Assembly (NCBI RefSeq): GCF_009834535.1
Contig: NC_045696.1
Location: 53,570,001-53,634,000, forward strand
From: Camelus ferus
Lineage: Eukaryota
DNA: 64,000 bases
Direction: 5' to 3'
Under the pieces are notes generated by a model. The model was given only the letters and a program-made list of their open reading frames with translations. It did no database searches and was not told the origin of the DNA. Shown piece by piece: positions 13,311 through 26,700 of this stretch (its first letter is position 1; each line of letters opens with the position of its first letter). Position numbers and translations under genes: made by a program.

Positions 13311-15269
13311 ACAGTACTTCCTTGTGCAAGGTCAGAGACACCTAATGCCAAAAGGAGGGAGGGAACCAATCTTTATTTAACTTTTAGTACATATGGTTGA
13401 AGGGAGGTACAGTTGGCATATGACTGGTAAATCCTAAGAAGTTTGGGTTAAAGGCATGAATCTGGTGATTTTTCTGACCTTAAGTAAGTTATAAGGAAAA
13501 AGAGTACCATGGCAGCCTTGTAACCTTGCTGCACTCAGCCCTCAAAAAGATCACTCATTGTTGGTATAAGCATTAGAAAGATCTTAAGTAGATTCTGGGT
13601 CAAGCTTGTCCAATAGAGCATCTCTTCTGTATGTCACAGAAAATTTAAGGCCTGTAGCTTGAAGCTGCACTCAATACCTGATGACTACTTCCATCTTCTC
13701 TCTCATACAAAACTTGATGAATTACATTCCAAATTCACAAGGCTTCCTTCATCCACATTCTGCCCATAGCGTTTGAGTGGAGGAAGGAAAAGGGAGGGCG
13801 GCGGGGCGAACATGGTATTAGGTTCCTCGTCTCATGCTATCTGCCTCTCAAAAGGCTCGTACATCAAACAACAGTGAGTGATGAGAGACAAAAAAGCACC
13901 ATCAGGTCTCTCTCCCACTAAAGGAGTTTAGACTTTCAACATGATGAATTCTCTTTGAAAAAAGAATAAAGAGATGTGTTGTCTCTGGAGGAAGCTGCTG
14001 GGGTTCCCATGGTCTTCACAATAGGCAAAGAACCTGCTAGCCACATCTCCTGTCTCTCCTCCTTGCTGTCTCTTCCACATGGCTAAAATGAAAGACACAG
14101 AAGTCCAATTCTACTCAAATACGTTCTTTTAAACTACAGAGACTGCCACCTCCTCCATCTGAAGGATTGAGTTTTTGTGAGAAAAGAAATCCCACACGGA
14201 CAGTTTCATTAGAGGCTGCTGAACAATGAGGCCTGAGGTGAGAACAGGACGGGACACGTGGCCCTTCTGAAGCACCATCCGAAGTATCAGGGTTGCAGTC
14301 ACTGAGCCATCTGCCCAAAGGAACAAACGCCAGATCCTTTGGTGACACCATGTTCTTTCTTCTTCTCTCTTCTTCAAATGTTTTGATTAAATGTTTAATC
14401 TTTAAGTGCTATCAGGAGCCTGAGAAGAATTAATGCTGGGTCAGTCAGGATTAGCTTTCCTAGTGAGAAAATGCGTCCCCCTGCCTGCTTCTGGATCCAG
14501 CAGGGACTGCAAGTGACCCCCGTGCTTCCCAGGGAAACAGCTTGTACCTGAGAACCAAACGGTCCTTGGAATCCCAGTTAGTGTCCCTTTAAGACTAAAT
14601 TCATCCCCCTAAATGGAAAATTTACAATTTGAATAGTCTGGCTGCCTTTCGCTCAGCAAGTATAGTTATCGTCTGAAAAATTTTACCCATTCCAGTTTTC
14701 CTGTTATCGTAGCCTCTTTTGTGTAGAGGAACACACCTCTAGATACATGCAGATACATTCACACATCCCATCCAGCCGAGGTCTGCAGTAAACTACATTC
14801 ACACACTCTCATCCTTTACGCGTTAAGTTTCAAAACACTCACAGCATTTGTGAAGTCGCAGTTCCTAGACACATGTTTATACCAGAAAAGCCCAATTCCT
14901 GGACTGTATACATATTAAAACTCATGACTGCTTCAGTTTATTGAGTGACAAACTAAATTGACTGTGACTATAAATATGTGAGAGTCAATGATGGAGGTTC
15001 AAGGCTCAGACTCAGACTCTACAGAGCAGCCACAGAGTCCCTGTGCACACCCGTGAGAAGTTATCTAAGTGCTCCCTCCAGTCTCCCCGTGATATCGATG
15101 CGTCTTCTTCTGGACAGAAGCCATGCTGATGACTGGGAGTCATTAAAAGAGACATGACACCTGGTTTTAGTCTTCAGCTCTGCTCAACACAGGCTCATGC
15201 GGGGAGACGCTGGCCACTCAGTTTCCACCCTGGCATGTCTATCTCTTTTCTTGTGTCGTGACAAAAGTA

Positions 15270-15485
15270 CATAATGTAAGCGTCAAACAGACTTGGTCCT
15301 TCATCTTTCACTTTCTACTCAGTGATCTTGGATGTGTTAACACTGGATATGTCTTATCACCATGTTTTACTTTCTTCATGTGTGAAAATTAAGATAATGA
15401 TGCCTACTTTAGAGGATTATTGCAGGGGTTAAATGAAAAGTTCTATTTAAAGGTTGGCGCATAACAAGTGCTAAAAACATGCTAG
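15270..15485 (+). mobile_element. MIR SINE
   Basis: Core motifs gtgatcttgg...tgtgaaaattaagataatgatgcctactttagaggattattgcaggggttaaatg. Confidence 0.65.
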
Positions 15486-16999
15486 ATTCCTGTCTGTGCA
15501 GAAAAGGCACAGAGCCCAAGGCATTGCCTGAATAAAGAAGGGAGATATTTAGAATATTTGAGCCAAGATCAGGAACGTTCTGTTCTTTCCAAGGAGAACT
15601 GGTGTGCCACTGGGTATGGACTTTTCCTTAACCTTCAGCCCCTCATTCAAGAAGTTATAAAACTTCCCTACATAGCCATACCAAAGGGAAAAAGGTGGGA
15701 AGAAAGGAAATAAGTGTGTCTACTACACTGTCATTTTGGTTTAATTATCATTCGCATATTTTTTGTCAGAACTAAGAAGGGCCAATTTCTCACACCTAAT
15801 CACCAGGAAGCAGCAGGCAGCAGTCTTGGAAGCTTTTATCAATATGCCCATTTTTATTTTAGTTTATAATTTAAAAAGTGAGAGGGAAGTGACAGAAATG
15901 TATCATTTCGAAGATTGTTTTAAACATATTAAAAAGTTCTCTCTCTCTCTCTCTCTCTCTGGAGACTGGGTAGGATGAAGAAAAACATGGAAATGAAGTG
16001 GAAAAAAATGAGAAATAATCAGGATCCAGAGAAGGAAAAGTAGCACTGTCAGCCACCCCGCCCCTGCCACTTCCTGCATGCATCAAAACTATCAGAACGG
16101 TGAAGGAACAGGAAGCTAGATGAAGCAAAAAAGGAAAAAAGAAGGGGTGGTCTAGGTCTGAAAAGGCAGAACAGTATCAGCAGTCCCACTGCTTTAGTTA
16201 AAATCATCCCTGTGTAAAATGTTTGTTAAACTTCAGTGCATATAGATCTAAACTAGACATTAGAAAATTACATAGAATGGGCTTCAATCTATGGGCTTTT
16301 TGGGAGCAAAACCTTCCAATGTGAATAATAATACTAATAGCAATAAATTTCCTTTAATTTAAAAGAAAACAGACAATATTTCAAAGTAAAGTTTGAAGTA
16401 GGTTCGTGGAAATTTAATGAGGTTGGATGGGAGAGTGATAACAGCTGTGAGCTCTGTCGCCTAGAAATAATCAGTAGAAAGAACACATCTGACCACAGTG
16501 TCCATTCTTCCCGCAGTCTCTACGTATGTGTTCAGAGGGACAAGACAGAACTTTCTTTTTCACTTTATTTCCTTTGGTCCTTCCTTTTTCACTCTTAGTA
16601 GATGGTGTCTTTGGTAAGAAAGGTTAGAAGCCAGACCCTTTTTTGGCAATAATAACTCATCAAAGTAGTGCTATGCAAGTTGGCCAGTATTGTCAAGACA
16701 AAGATGACTTTGTTCATAAATGTACGGCTGTCGGGATGAGGTATTTCAGAAACATCTACCAAAGATGCACAATAAGGACATGACACCCCCCTTCCCTTCC
16801 AGGACAAAGACCTTGAGGTGTGCTTTCTTGGTTGGAGCCACTGATGAACAGAACTGGGGATCAAAACAAATGACCAAGGAAAACAGGAAGGAGTATATAA
16901 AAAGAAAGTGTGATCCAAGAAGACACTGCAGACCCTTTGTCTCAATGGAAAAATTAAAAGAAAAGGAAAGGAAGATTTTCTTACATCCTCAGGTCCCTC

Positions 17000-17235
17000 T
17001 ACCAATCCAACTCTGTAACTCAACAATATCTTGGCCTTGCTCCGTGTCTTAGTTTGAACTGCTCCTACTTCATGGCTTCTATGGCACCAACCCTTTCTGG
17101 CTGCTCTTTTTAAAACTCCTGTCCATGTTCTGTTCCATGTACATACCCTTCAAATGTTGGTGTTTCTCAAAGTTTGGTCTTGGTTCCTGTTTCTCTTGTT
17201 CTTCACAAGTCATCAACTGCCAACTCTATGCGGAT

Positions 17236-17302
<67 letters not shown>

Positions 17303-17960
17303 CAGATGTCTCCTGAGCTTTAGGCTTGAATATCCAACTGGCTGTTAAGCACTTACACACAGGTACCTTTGAAAGTTAACATGTCAAAGCTAACAGTTCT
17401 CTCCTCCAACAAATTTACTTCTACTTATTACCATTCCAGCAATTGCTTAAGTCTGATATTTAGTCGTTATCCCTGACTCCACTCACTCTGTCATCGCCTC
17501 AATCCAATCAACAGCTGAATCCCATGGAATCTAGCTCATAAATCTCTTAAATCTTTCTACTCCTCTCTATTGTTACTGTCACCACTGTCATTCAAGGCAA
17601 CATCATATTTCGCCCAGAACACTACAATACCCTCCTAATTGGTCTCGTTATCACTGTGTTACTCCCCTCAAATCCATTTTCTACTTTGCAGTTAGAGCAC
17701 TATTTCAAAAACACACGTTTTCACATGGCATTTCCCTTTATAAGCCTGTGATAGCTTCTCATTTGTTTCAAATGTAGTCCAAGATCCACCCCACCCATCT
17801 CCCAACACACACCTACTACTCACTTTTCCAACCCCATTCTTAGCTTCTCTCTCACTAGCCATATACTCAAGCAATAATAAATGTATTCCATATCCTCAAA
17901 CACACCATGTAGTCTCTCACTTTTTGGCTTGGAACACCCTTCCCCTCTCAGCTTCTGAAT
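17000..17960 (+). mobile_element. L2 LINE fragment containing a (CT)n(CA)n microsatellite
   Basis: L2 motifs caactctatgcggataactc, aacatgtcaaagct, cctcctaattggtctc. Confidence 0.7.
17238..17300. repeat. Compound microsatellite (CT)n(CA)n
   Basis: Direct. Confidence 0.95.
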
Positions 17961-17992
17961 ATCAGTGTAGCACTCAAAAATGACGAGGTTTA

Positions 17993-18958
17993 TACAAAGA
18001 ATACACATAAATGGCCAAGAGGTACATGAAAAGGTACTCAGCAAAATGAATTATGAGGGAAATACAAATCAAAACCACAAGGCGATATCACCTCACACCT
18101 GTCAGAATGGCCATCATCAAAAAGACAAGTGACAACATGCATTGGTGTGGCTGTAGAGAAAAGGGAATTCTTGTGCACTGTTGGTGGGAATGCAAATTGG
18201 TATAGCCGCTATGGAAAACAGTATGGAGATTGCTCAAAAAATTAAAACTAGAACTATCATACGATCCAGTAACACCACTTCTGGGTATATATACAAAGGA
18301 AATGAAAATAGGATGATCTTGAAGAAATATCTGTATCCCTATGTTCATTGCAGAATTACGCACAATAGCTGAGAAATGAAAACAACTTGTGTCTATCAAC
18401 AGATAACTAGATAGAAGAAGATGTTAAATATATAGAGATATATATAATTTTTTTTCAGTGGAATTTTAGTCAGTCATGAGAAAGAAGGACATCCTGCCAT
18501 TTGCAACATGAATGGACCCTGAGGGTTTAAGTGAAATAACTCAGATGGAGAAAGATAAATACTGTAGGATATCACTTATATGTGAAATCTGAAAAAGCGG
18601 AACTCATAGAAACAGAGAGAAGGGTGGTTACCAGGGATGTGGGAGTGAGGGAAATGGAGAGATGTCGGTCAGAGAGCACAAACTTCCAGCTATAAGATGA
18701 GTAAGTTCTGGGGCTGTAATATACAACATGGTAACTGTAGTTACTAATACTGTATTATTTACTTGAAAGTTATTAAAGGTAAATTCTAAATGTTTTCATC
18801 ACAAAAAAGAAATGGTAATTATGTGATGTGATGCAGGTGTTAGCTAAAGCTATGGTGGTAATCATTTTGCAATATATAAGTGTATCAAATGAACGCATGA
18901 GACACGTTCAACTTACACGACTTTATATGTCAATTATATCACAATAAAGCTGAAAAAA
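17993..18958 (+). mobile_element. 5'-truncated L1 (L1MA9-like): ORF2 C-terminus and 3'UTR
   Basis: gggaaatacaaatcaaaaccacaag...cacctgtcagaatggccatcatcaaaaagac...ctatggaaaacagtatggag; 3'UTR ends caataaagctgaaaaaa. Degenerate TSD acgaggttta (~17983) / atgaggttta (~18960). Confidence 0.85.
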
Positions 18959-20639
18959 CATGAGGTTTAGAGATGGACCTTGGCTCAGCCCCTTGCTAAG
19001 TATGTGATCTCCAGAAATGTACTGGCTCTTTCTGAACCTCAGTTTCCTTGCTGATTACTCAGAATGATTAGTAGCTACCTTTGTAGTGTCTATTTCATGC
19101 CGTAAAGTTAATAGATTAAGTATTTAATACTGTAACTTCCAATTAATATCGCTGAGCTTCCACTTTTGTACCTATACATGAAAGACAATGTTATAAAATT
19201 ATTGTAGATTAAAACTTGTTATAAGTGTAAAAATGTTCTATAAACTTCACATGTTATTATAATTAACTCTTCCTTTTAAGTGTACATAACAATATTAGTT
19301 ATTGTTAATTTTTTATTTTATATCAAACAAATCATGTATACTCAATAAATAGTCCTGGATAGATTTATGAATTACAAAGAAACAATATTACTTGTCAATA
19401 TCCTACAGCCAAAAACTACCATAACACCTGTACTAGAAAAAAATTAGATGTATTAAGTCACTGCAACAAAGGAATAAAACCAAGGGCTATGGGGTGTCTT
19501 AGTGAGATGGTGTCAGAAAGGATTTGTTATAAGAATCAGGCTTGTATTGGGTGATTTGGGGAAGATTTAAACAAATGGAGTTTGCTTAGAAATGGATGCT
19601 GTCAGGAAGCATTTGATTTGTCTAATCAAATGTTCTTTTATCATCACCTCATTGAATGTATTCACAAAAAAACACTTACATTGTCCTGTTTTCACCTTGC
19701 TGTACAAAGAGATGCAGTGAAGGGGGAGTGGGGAGAGAGAGAGGGAACCTCATTAAATAACAGGTAAAAAACAAAATACCTTTAAAAATCATTCACTTTA
19801 ATTATTTTGTGTTTTCTGTTAAAAACAATACTAATATTTACACACTGCTATATGTCAATTAGATCTCAATAAAACTGAAAAAAATCAATATAATAAAAAT
19901 TACTTGTAAAACTAACACACTTCAGAAGTCAGGTGGAATACAGCAGGATAGGGACCATTATCTGCTCTCTACAGAGCCAGCTGAAAGCTGTAAAACAAAT
20001 GAAAAGTGGAGAAGGAAAACCCATCTTGTTTTGAAACCAGCAGATAGCAACAATTTCAAATCAAAACTTAAGAATATATTTCATAGATGCAGATTTGGGA
20101 CCGAACCAAGGGAGGTTTATTGGAGCCGATCCAGAGTGGTATGAATCCATGTAGGATTCTACAGCATTCTTCAAAAGCAATTGGCATGACCCTGAAGATC
20201 AAACAGCAATCTCTCATTGGAATACATCACATGTGGGCCTTGGGAGTAGCCCAGGTCCCTCTCCTTGGGGATGAGGGAAGAAAAAAGCAGCTAGACCACA
20301 GTCAGGTGGTTGGTATACGCCATCTCTTCAAGAGGCAAGTAAGGTGAGTTGCAGGTTGGAATGTGGGCAAAGAGAAGCTGGGTAAGAGCCAGCTCAGAAC
20401 AGCTGGCTAAATGCTAACCCATCACACAGAAGGCCTGTGCATCTGCCCGGCTTGTCAGGGAGCATGTGCCTCTTTTTCTCATCAAGGAGGCAAAACCTAA
20501 AAGAATGAAGACCTGCCACTCTGGCAGATAACTTGATGGATTTGATGAGAAAAATGGTCTGAGACAACTTATCTGAACTGAAGATACTGTGTTCCTAAAT
20601 TATTCTGCCTATCCCACTATTTTTAAAGGAACAGTTGCT

Positions 20640-21400
20640 TTATAAAATAATAATTATGAAAAAATTATGTATTCTATTGAAGGGATATGAAGAAAGCTGT
20701 GCTTGACAGAACATTTATATAATTAAATTCTTACATCTTTTAAAAAGAAAGAATTAAAAATACATGAATTAATTATTCAACTCCAGAAATTAGAGCAACA
20801 AAATGCAATTAACAGAAAGAAAAGGAATGTATTAAGAGAGATAAAAGCCAAATAAAAATTAATAATTTAAAGACTACAAAACTAATAAATAAATCCAAGG
20901 ACCATTTTTTTGAAGAGGAAAAATAAAACACTGATACAATACTAGTTAACCTAGCCAATAAAATAGGAGGAAAAAAACCCACCAGAAAGTCAAAATTACA
21001 AATAAGGATTGGGGACTATTCAGATATATAAAACACTGGAAAGTATATAAGAAGCATAATAAGAGGCTTTTCTTATATGTATATGGATACTTGTAACACT
21101 TGGATGCAATACAAAACTGACCCTGAATAAAAACAGTAACAAAACAAACAAACAAAAAAACCCCCAAAATATGGTACCATCAAAGAGGATAAAATGGCAA
21201 CCTACAGAGTGGGAGAAGATATTTATAATACATTTAAAACAAAGGGTTGAGAAATCATGATCATAACAAATAATTTTTAAAATAAATAAAGACAAGACTT
21301 GGCCAAATGATTTAACAAAACTTCACAGAAAAGGATCTCCAAATGGCCAATAAACATATGAAAACGTATTCAATTTTATTAGCCACTCCAAAAATGAAAC
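20640..21400 (+). mobile_element. Old L1 ORF2 fragments
   Basis: A-rich L1 ORF2 motifs (ataaatccaaggaccattttttgaag; caacctacagagtgggagaagatattt; caaatggccaataaacatatgaaaa). Confidence 0.7.
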
Positions 21401-22400
21401 TCCTTTCACTTAGCATAATGCTTTCAAGGTTCACCCATGCTGTAGTATGTGTTAGTATTTCCTTTTTAGGCTGAATAATACTTCATTGTATGGACAAAGC
21501 ACATTTTGTTTATCCATTTATCAGTTGGTAGACATTTGTGTTGTTTCTACCTTTTGGCTGTTATGATTAGTGTTGCTGTAAACATCATGTAGCAGTTTTG
21601 GCTTAAACATCTGTATTAGTCTGCTAAGACTGCCGTGACAAAAAAATCATAGAACGGGTGGCACCAACTGCAGAGCTGTATTTTCTCACAGCTCTGGAGG
21701 CTGGAAGACCAAGGTCAAGGTGCTGGCAGGGCTGGGTTTTCCTGGGATCTCCCTCCTTGGTTTACGGACGGCGACCATCTTACTGTGTTCTTACATGGCC
21801 TTTTCTCTGTGCACCCAAGCTCCTGCTAACTCTCTTTTCTTATTAGGATACCCACCATGTTGGATTAGGGTCAGACTGTTATGACCTAATTTAATCTTAA
21901 TTACCTTTTAAAAGTCCCTATGCCCAAATGTAGTCACATTGTGAGTTAGGGCTTCAACACATGAATCTGGGGTGGGACTTGGGGTGGGGGACACAATTCA
22001 GTCAGTAATGACATCTTTAGGTTGAAAGATACACCTAGGAGTGGAATTGTTGGAGCATATGGTAATTCAATGTTTAACTTTTTGAGCAAACACCAAACTG
22101 TTTTCCACAGTGCTGCACCATTTTCAGTTCCCACCAGCAATGTATGAAGGTTCCAATTTCTCCATATCCTCACCCACATTTCTTGTTTTTCATTTATAAA
22201 AAGTTATAGACACGCTAGTGGAAGTGAAGCAGTAGTTCTTTATAGTTTTGATTTGTATTTCCCTAATGACTAATGATGAGCATCTTTTCATGGGCTTATG
22301 GGCCACTTGAGTATCTTCTTTGGAGAAATGTCTACTCAAATCCTTTGTCCATTTTTCAGTTGGGTGGTTTATCTTTTACTTGTTGAGTTTTAAGAGTTGG
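21401..22400 (-). mobile_element. L1 (L1MB-like) ORF2 end/3'UTR fragment, interrupted by MLT1A
   Basis: tttcacttagcataatgctttcaaggttcacccatg...; cctaggagtggaattgttggagcatatggtaattc; tggagaaatgtctactcaaatcctttgtccatttt. Confidence 0.8.
21612..22010 (-). mobile_element. MLT1A/MLT1A0 MaLR solo LTR
   Basis: tgtattagtctgctaagactgcc...ctcacagctctggaggctggaag...ggggacacaattcagtcagtaa; 5-bp TSD ACATC at 21607-21611 and 22011-22015. Confidence 0.85.
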
Positions 22401-22559
22401 ATACTTGTTAATATTGCATTTTATACATGCATATATTTTATAAGCACATATACAATAAACACACACGTACGTAGAGATTTCTCTCTCAAAATAAAAGCCA
22501 GTATCAGGTTTAGACATGGAACATTTCACTGTATTGCCGTTAAAGTTATTACCAAGAAA

Positions 22560-22870
22560 AGAATGTCCAGTATCACAAATGTTTAACATCATTCTGTAAT
22601 TAATTAGCACTACAAATAGACAAGATAAAAAAAAAATAAGGTGTGCACTAATAGCAAAGTAGAAGCAACACTGTCATTATTTAGAGATACTATGTTTATA
22701 ATCTGCAAAACCCAAGGGAAAAAAAGAGAAAAATCATTAGATCAGTACGAAAAGTTTGACAGTAGTCTGAGTGCAAAGTTAACATATAAAAACCAATAGC
22801 TTTTCTACATACAAGCAAGCGGCAGTATAAATACAAAGGAAGAAACGATCCCATTTACAGAAGCATCATG
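22560..22870 (+). mobile_element. Old L1 ORF2 reverse transcriptase fragment
   Basis: ctgtcattatttagagatactatgttt translates LSLFRDTMF, a decayed LSLFADDMI motif; also gatcccatttacagaagcatca. Confidence 0.65.
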
Positions 22871-23574
22871 TTGTAGATAATGGTGCAGTAGAATTATACT
22901 TCAAAAGCCATTAACCAACCTTAAAGTTCTATTTCCTTGTCTATAAAATGGGTATAATTATTCTTATTCCATCCTACTTCACAGAGTTACAGTGAGGATA
23001 AGATGAGGAGGAGGCTGCATGGTAAGGTACAGAGGACTATACAGATGTTGTTGCCACTAGCATATGGGAGAGCTGGACTGGCTGTGTCCACTAATGCTAA
23101 TTGCAATGGACAAACACACATGCATTGCTCTTTTTCAAAGTCTTTAGAAGCTCCTTACTCAAGAGACATTTGAATTCCAACTTGTCTCGGTAATTAACAT
23201 GTTGTTTTCTTTCCAGGTGGCTGTGCAGCCATGCAAAAGAACTAAAAGTAGGATTAACTGCTATGACAAGATTTAAAATACTAGGGAATTATTTTAGTTG
23301 CTACCAAAAAAAAAAAAAAGGGAAATGCAGCAGAGAAACAACCTATGAGTATGGATTACTGTACGTATGAGAAGAAGGTAAGAGTGTCTTAGAGCAAACA
23401 GAGTATTTGCTTGGCTATGAAATTTCAGGTTAGGTTTAATTACACAGAATTTTCATGTTCAATTGAAGGCATTATCTCCTTCCAAGGGCATTGTCTCATC
23501 TTCTCCAGGTTAACATTGTAAAACTGGAGGTAGTGATACTCATCATTGAATCACTTGAGACAGGCATTTTATGA

Positions 23575-23750
23575 GGGTACTCAATTCTGACTATGAGCTA
23601 GGATCACCCAAGAAGCTATTTCAAAATACCAATGCTCAGGCTCCCCTTCTAGAGATTCCCACTTAAATAGTCTAGATTGTGACTGGCGTATTGGTCTTTT
23701 TTAACGCATCGGCAGGTGATTCTAATGTACAGACAGGGATGAGCGCTATC
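23575..23750. mobile_element. MER5-family hAT MITE (MER5A/B)
   Basis: gatcacccaagaagctatttcaaaataccaatgctcaggctcc...caggtgattctaatgtacag. Confidence 0.65.
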
Positions 23751-26700
23751 TACATTGAACGTCCTTCTGAAATCAAGGATACGGTTTTTTTTCTTCAAGC
23801 AAACTTATATCATCTTTCAATTAAGTGACTCATCTTTCCTTTTATTTATATTTTTCAAAGTATGAATTACATAATTCTCACATAACTAATGAGGTAAGTG
23901 TGTAGCAGTTAGGATCCATTAACTCAGCCCTCTAATAGGCTCTAGCAATGTTTAATAGCAGTAATAGAACCACCGACTCAGCAAGAGGGAAGAGCGCTTT
24001 ATCCAAGTAAAATAGTTTTTGGGAATTTAGAGAAACAGACAATAATTAACTTTTTCATTTGGATTTGGCTAAGGTGCCGTGAGTTAAGACCCAAAAGTTG
24101 TGTGCGTAAAATAGATCTTCAATACTGGCAAGCCATCTGGATCTTGACTTTACATATTACCCCCAAATCATTGCACACTTAAAAGACCAAATACCCCTGT
24201 AAATGAAGGAACAATTCATTTTTCATATATGGTACAGCCGTAAGTGCACTGCTTAGGCTAGTTAAACAGTAAAAAAGAGATGTATTTGGAGAACAGTTCA
24301 GTAATGGAACTGGTTGCTAGGAAATCAGATATTCTCCAGTCATCTCCCAAACAAATTCAGAATTTCAGTTTACTGTCATCACAAACCAGGACCAAAGCTG
24401 TTACACACACAGTACACACATGCCCACCCTTACCACACACACCCCTTTGTTTTTTCCAAAAACCAAACTAATCTAAAATGTGAAGTTTACCCTAGGGAAA
24501 CAATGCTCATGGTAAGTGTTTTAAGAATTCCTCATGGGGCAGATTGTGATAGGAAAAAAAGGTAAATTCCTAGGAGAATCTTTACCTCTTTTTTCCCTAT
24601 TTCACTCGGTGGCTGGAGCTTGATGTCCTCCACAGGTACAGACTTTAAGGCTTTAGTCACAAATCTGCATTAACTCTTGTATTAAGACAAGATACCCTTA
24701 ATCTCTGCCAAGCAGCCTTGCCTGTAGTTAGAACATGAACCTCCCTTTTCCTTATCAACAAAGGCAGCCCTGCTTAGGATCCAAGTGGATTTCAGTTAGC
24801 AATTCATGTCAGTACTTACTGTCATTGCAGGGTCCCTGAGTGCAGATGGCCAGTGGAGCTAGGAAAGCTCAGAGAATCCTTGTCATCTAGAGCGGTCCCT
24901 CAGAATCTACTCCAGGTCTGAGTTAGCTCTGGCCCCAGGGTTCCCCTCTAGTGAGTATGCTAGCTTTATGGCCAACCTAATGCCAGTTTTCAGGAGGATG
25001 GAATATGATACCACCAGGACCCAAACCCTTATTAGATGAGACAAGCATATAGTCTCTCAAGCAAACTCCTTGCCTAGGATCTACTCAATTTAGCCATTTT
25101 GGTTTCAGAGTAGTAGATACTTCGAATTCTGGCTCACTGAGATCCCACGGGAATCACTCCTGGGGGAATTGTAGATTGGGTATTGTATTAGATTCCCTGG
25201 GTTGTAAACAACAAAACTTGACTTTGGAACACTTGAAGGAAAAAACTCAAGTTTAGAACAATATATTGAGTGGTTCTCACAAATATAATTTAGGATAGAC
25301 AGGGACTCAGGCATGCCCCAGCATCTGATTTGCAGAAACTTCCAGGAGAACTCATTAGGGCTCTTCCATCTAAACCATTGATCTTCAGCCACTGTATGCC
25401 TTTGGGTCAATCAGATTGCCATGGACACCTCTAAGTCATCTCATTTTAATCTTTCCACAATCCCAAGATCTCGTGGGGATTACTATGTCATTTTACACTG
25501 CAGAGAAATTCACCCAGATCACCTGACTAGTTGGTGCCAGAACTGTACTCGAAACCATGTTTCCTAAGCCCAAATTTTATGGTTCTTTATCTTCTCATAC
25601 TGATTTCATGACTTAGAGGAAAATTACTGGAGAGACACTGAAGTGAATATTGTAGCATTATTTTCTTCTTCCAGGAGAGTTTGCTGTGAGATACTGAGAA
25701 TGCCAGAGTGAGGTTTAGAAGAATAAAGGGAAACACATGGCTTTCTTAAGAAGCAGTATTGGATATTAAAAAAAAAAAAAAAGTCTTTGGAATCCTATAA
25801 TCACAAGTTGAATCCTGGCTTTTTTTTCCTATTACCTGAGTGACCTTGGGCAACCTTCCTGCATCTGTAATATAGGAACAGAAATACCTACTCACAGATT
25901 CTTGGAAGAACTAAACATGATGATGTAAGTAAACCTCCTGGCTGAGTGAACCTAAGTATTTTAATAGGATAGGGAAGAAAGAGAAGTAGAAAATAAGAGA
26001 AATTAGTAACAGAAGAATAGAAATAGAGGAAACACCAGATGGAAATGGAACAAACCCATCTAGGGAACATACGTCACTAAACCAGAGGCTGGTGTTGTCA
26101 GAAGATGATACACAATAGAGATAATCAGCGGGGCCCCCAGGGTTTGATACTAATTCCACCCTCTGACTGGCTCTCTACATAACTTAAGAAACCATTTTAA
26201 GAAGCAAAAGACAGTTGATAAGAGTTCGGCACTGTGATTATTCTCCAAGGAGAAGATGAGATTCCGTGCTATGCCAGCGATGGAAATATCACCTTAACAA
26301 GCATGGACAGCCCCCAATGGACTATAAAATTCATTTGGTGGCTGTGATAATTCAAAAGAGCCAGGTGGCATATCAGTAACAAGGGAAGACATAAATTTTA
26401 ATTCATGAGGCTCATCAGTGTCCTGGTCAGAAACGGACGAACCCTCCACTCTCCGGCTCAATAATCCAATCTAATGGGAAGAGAAAGTATTCTGAAGTGA
26501 CACTCATCAGCACTAGAGAACTCTCTTAAAAAATTGACTTCATATGGGTGTGTGCATGTGTGCACACGTGTATCCGAAGCTAGCAGCTACATTCTTGAAG
26601 GGGTAGTGTAGGTGGGAAACAACCCATCAATCTGCAAATTGTATATAAGCTAACATGTCTCATCCTCAAGGCAACTGTTTCTTCACTGAAAATCTAACGG

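Noticed and set aside
16595..17052. Longest ORF (143 aa, minus) and the overlapping 110 aa plus-strand ORF
   Set aside because: Non-ATG start for the longer one, no recognisable domain, and they run into L2-derived sequence; consistent with chance
18088..18399. ORFs resembling database 'hypothetical proteins' (also 21946-22179, 30944-31159, 47696-47899)
   Set aside because: Sense or antisense translations of L1 relics, not genes
23201..23384. + strand exon candidate (ttccag|GTGGC...GAAG|gtaaga)
   Set aside because: Contains stop codons and an internal poly(A) run; at best non-coding, with no supporting evidence
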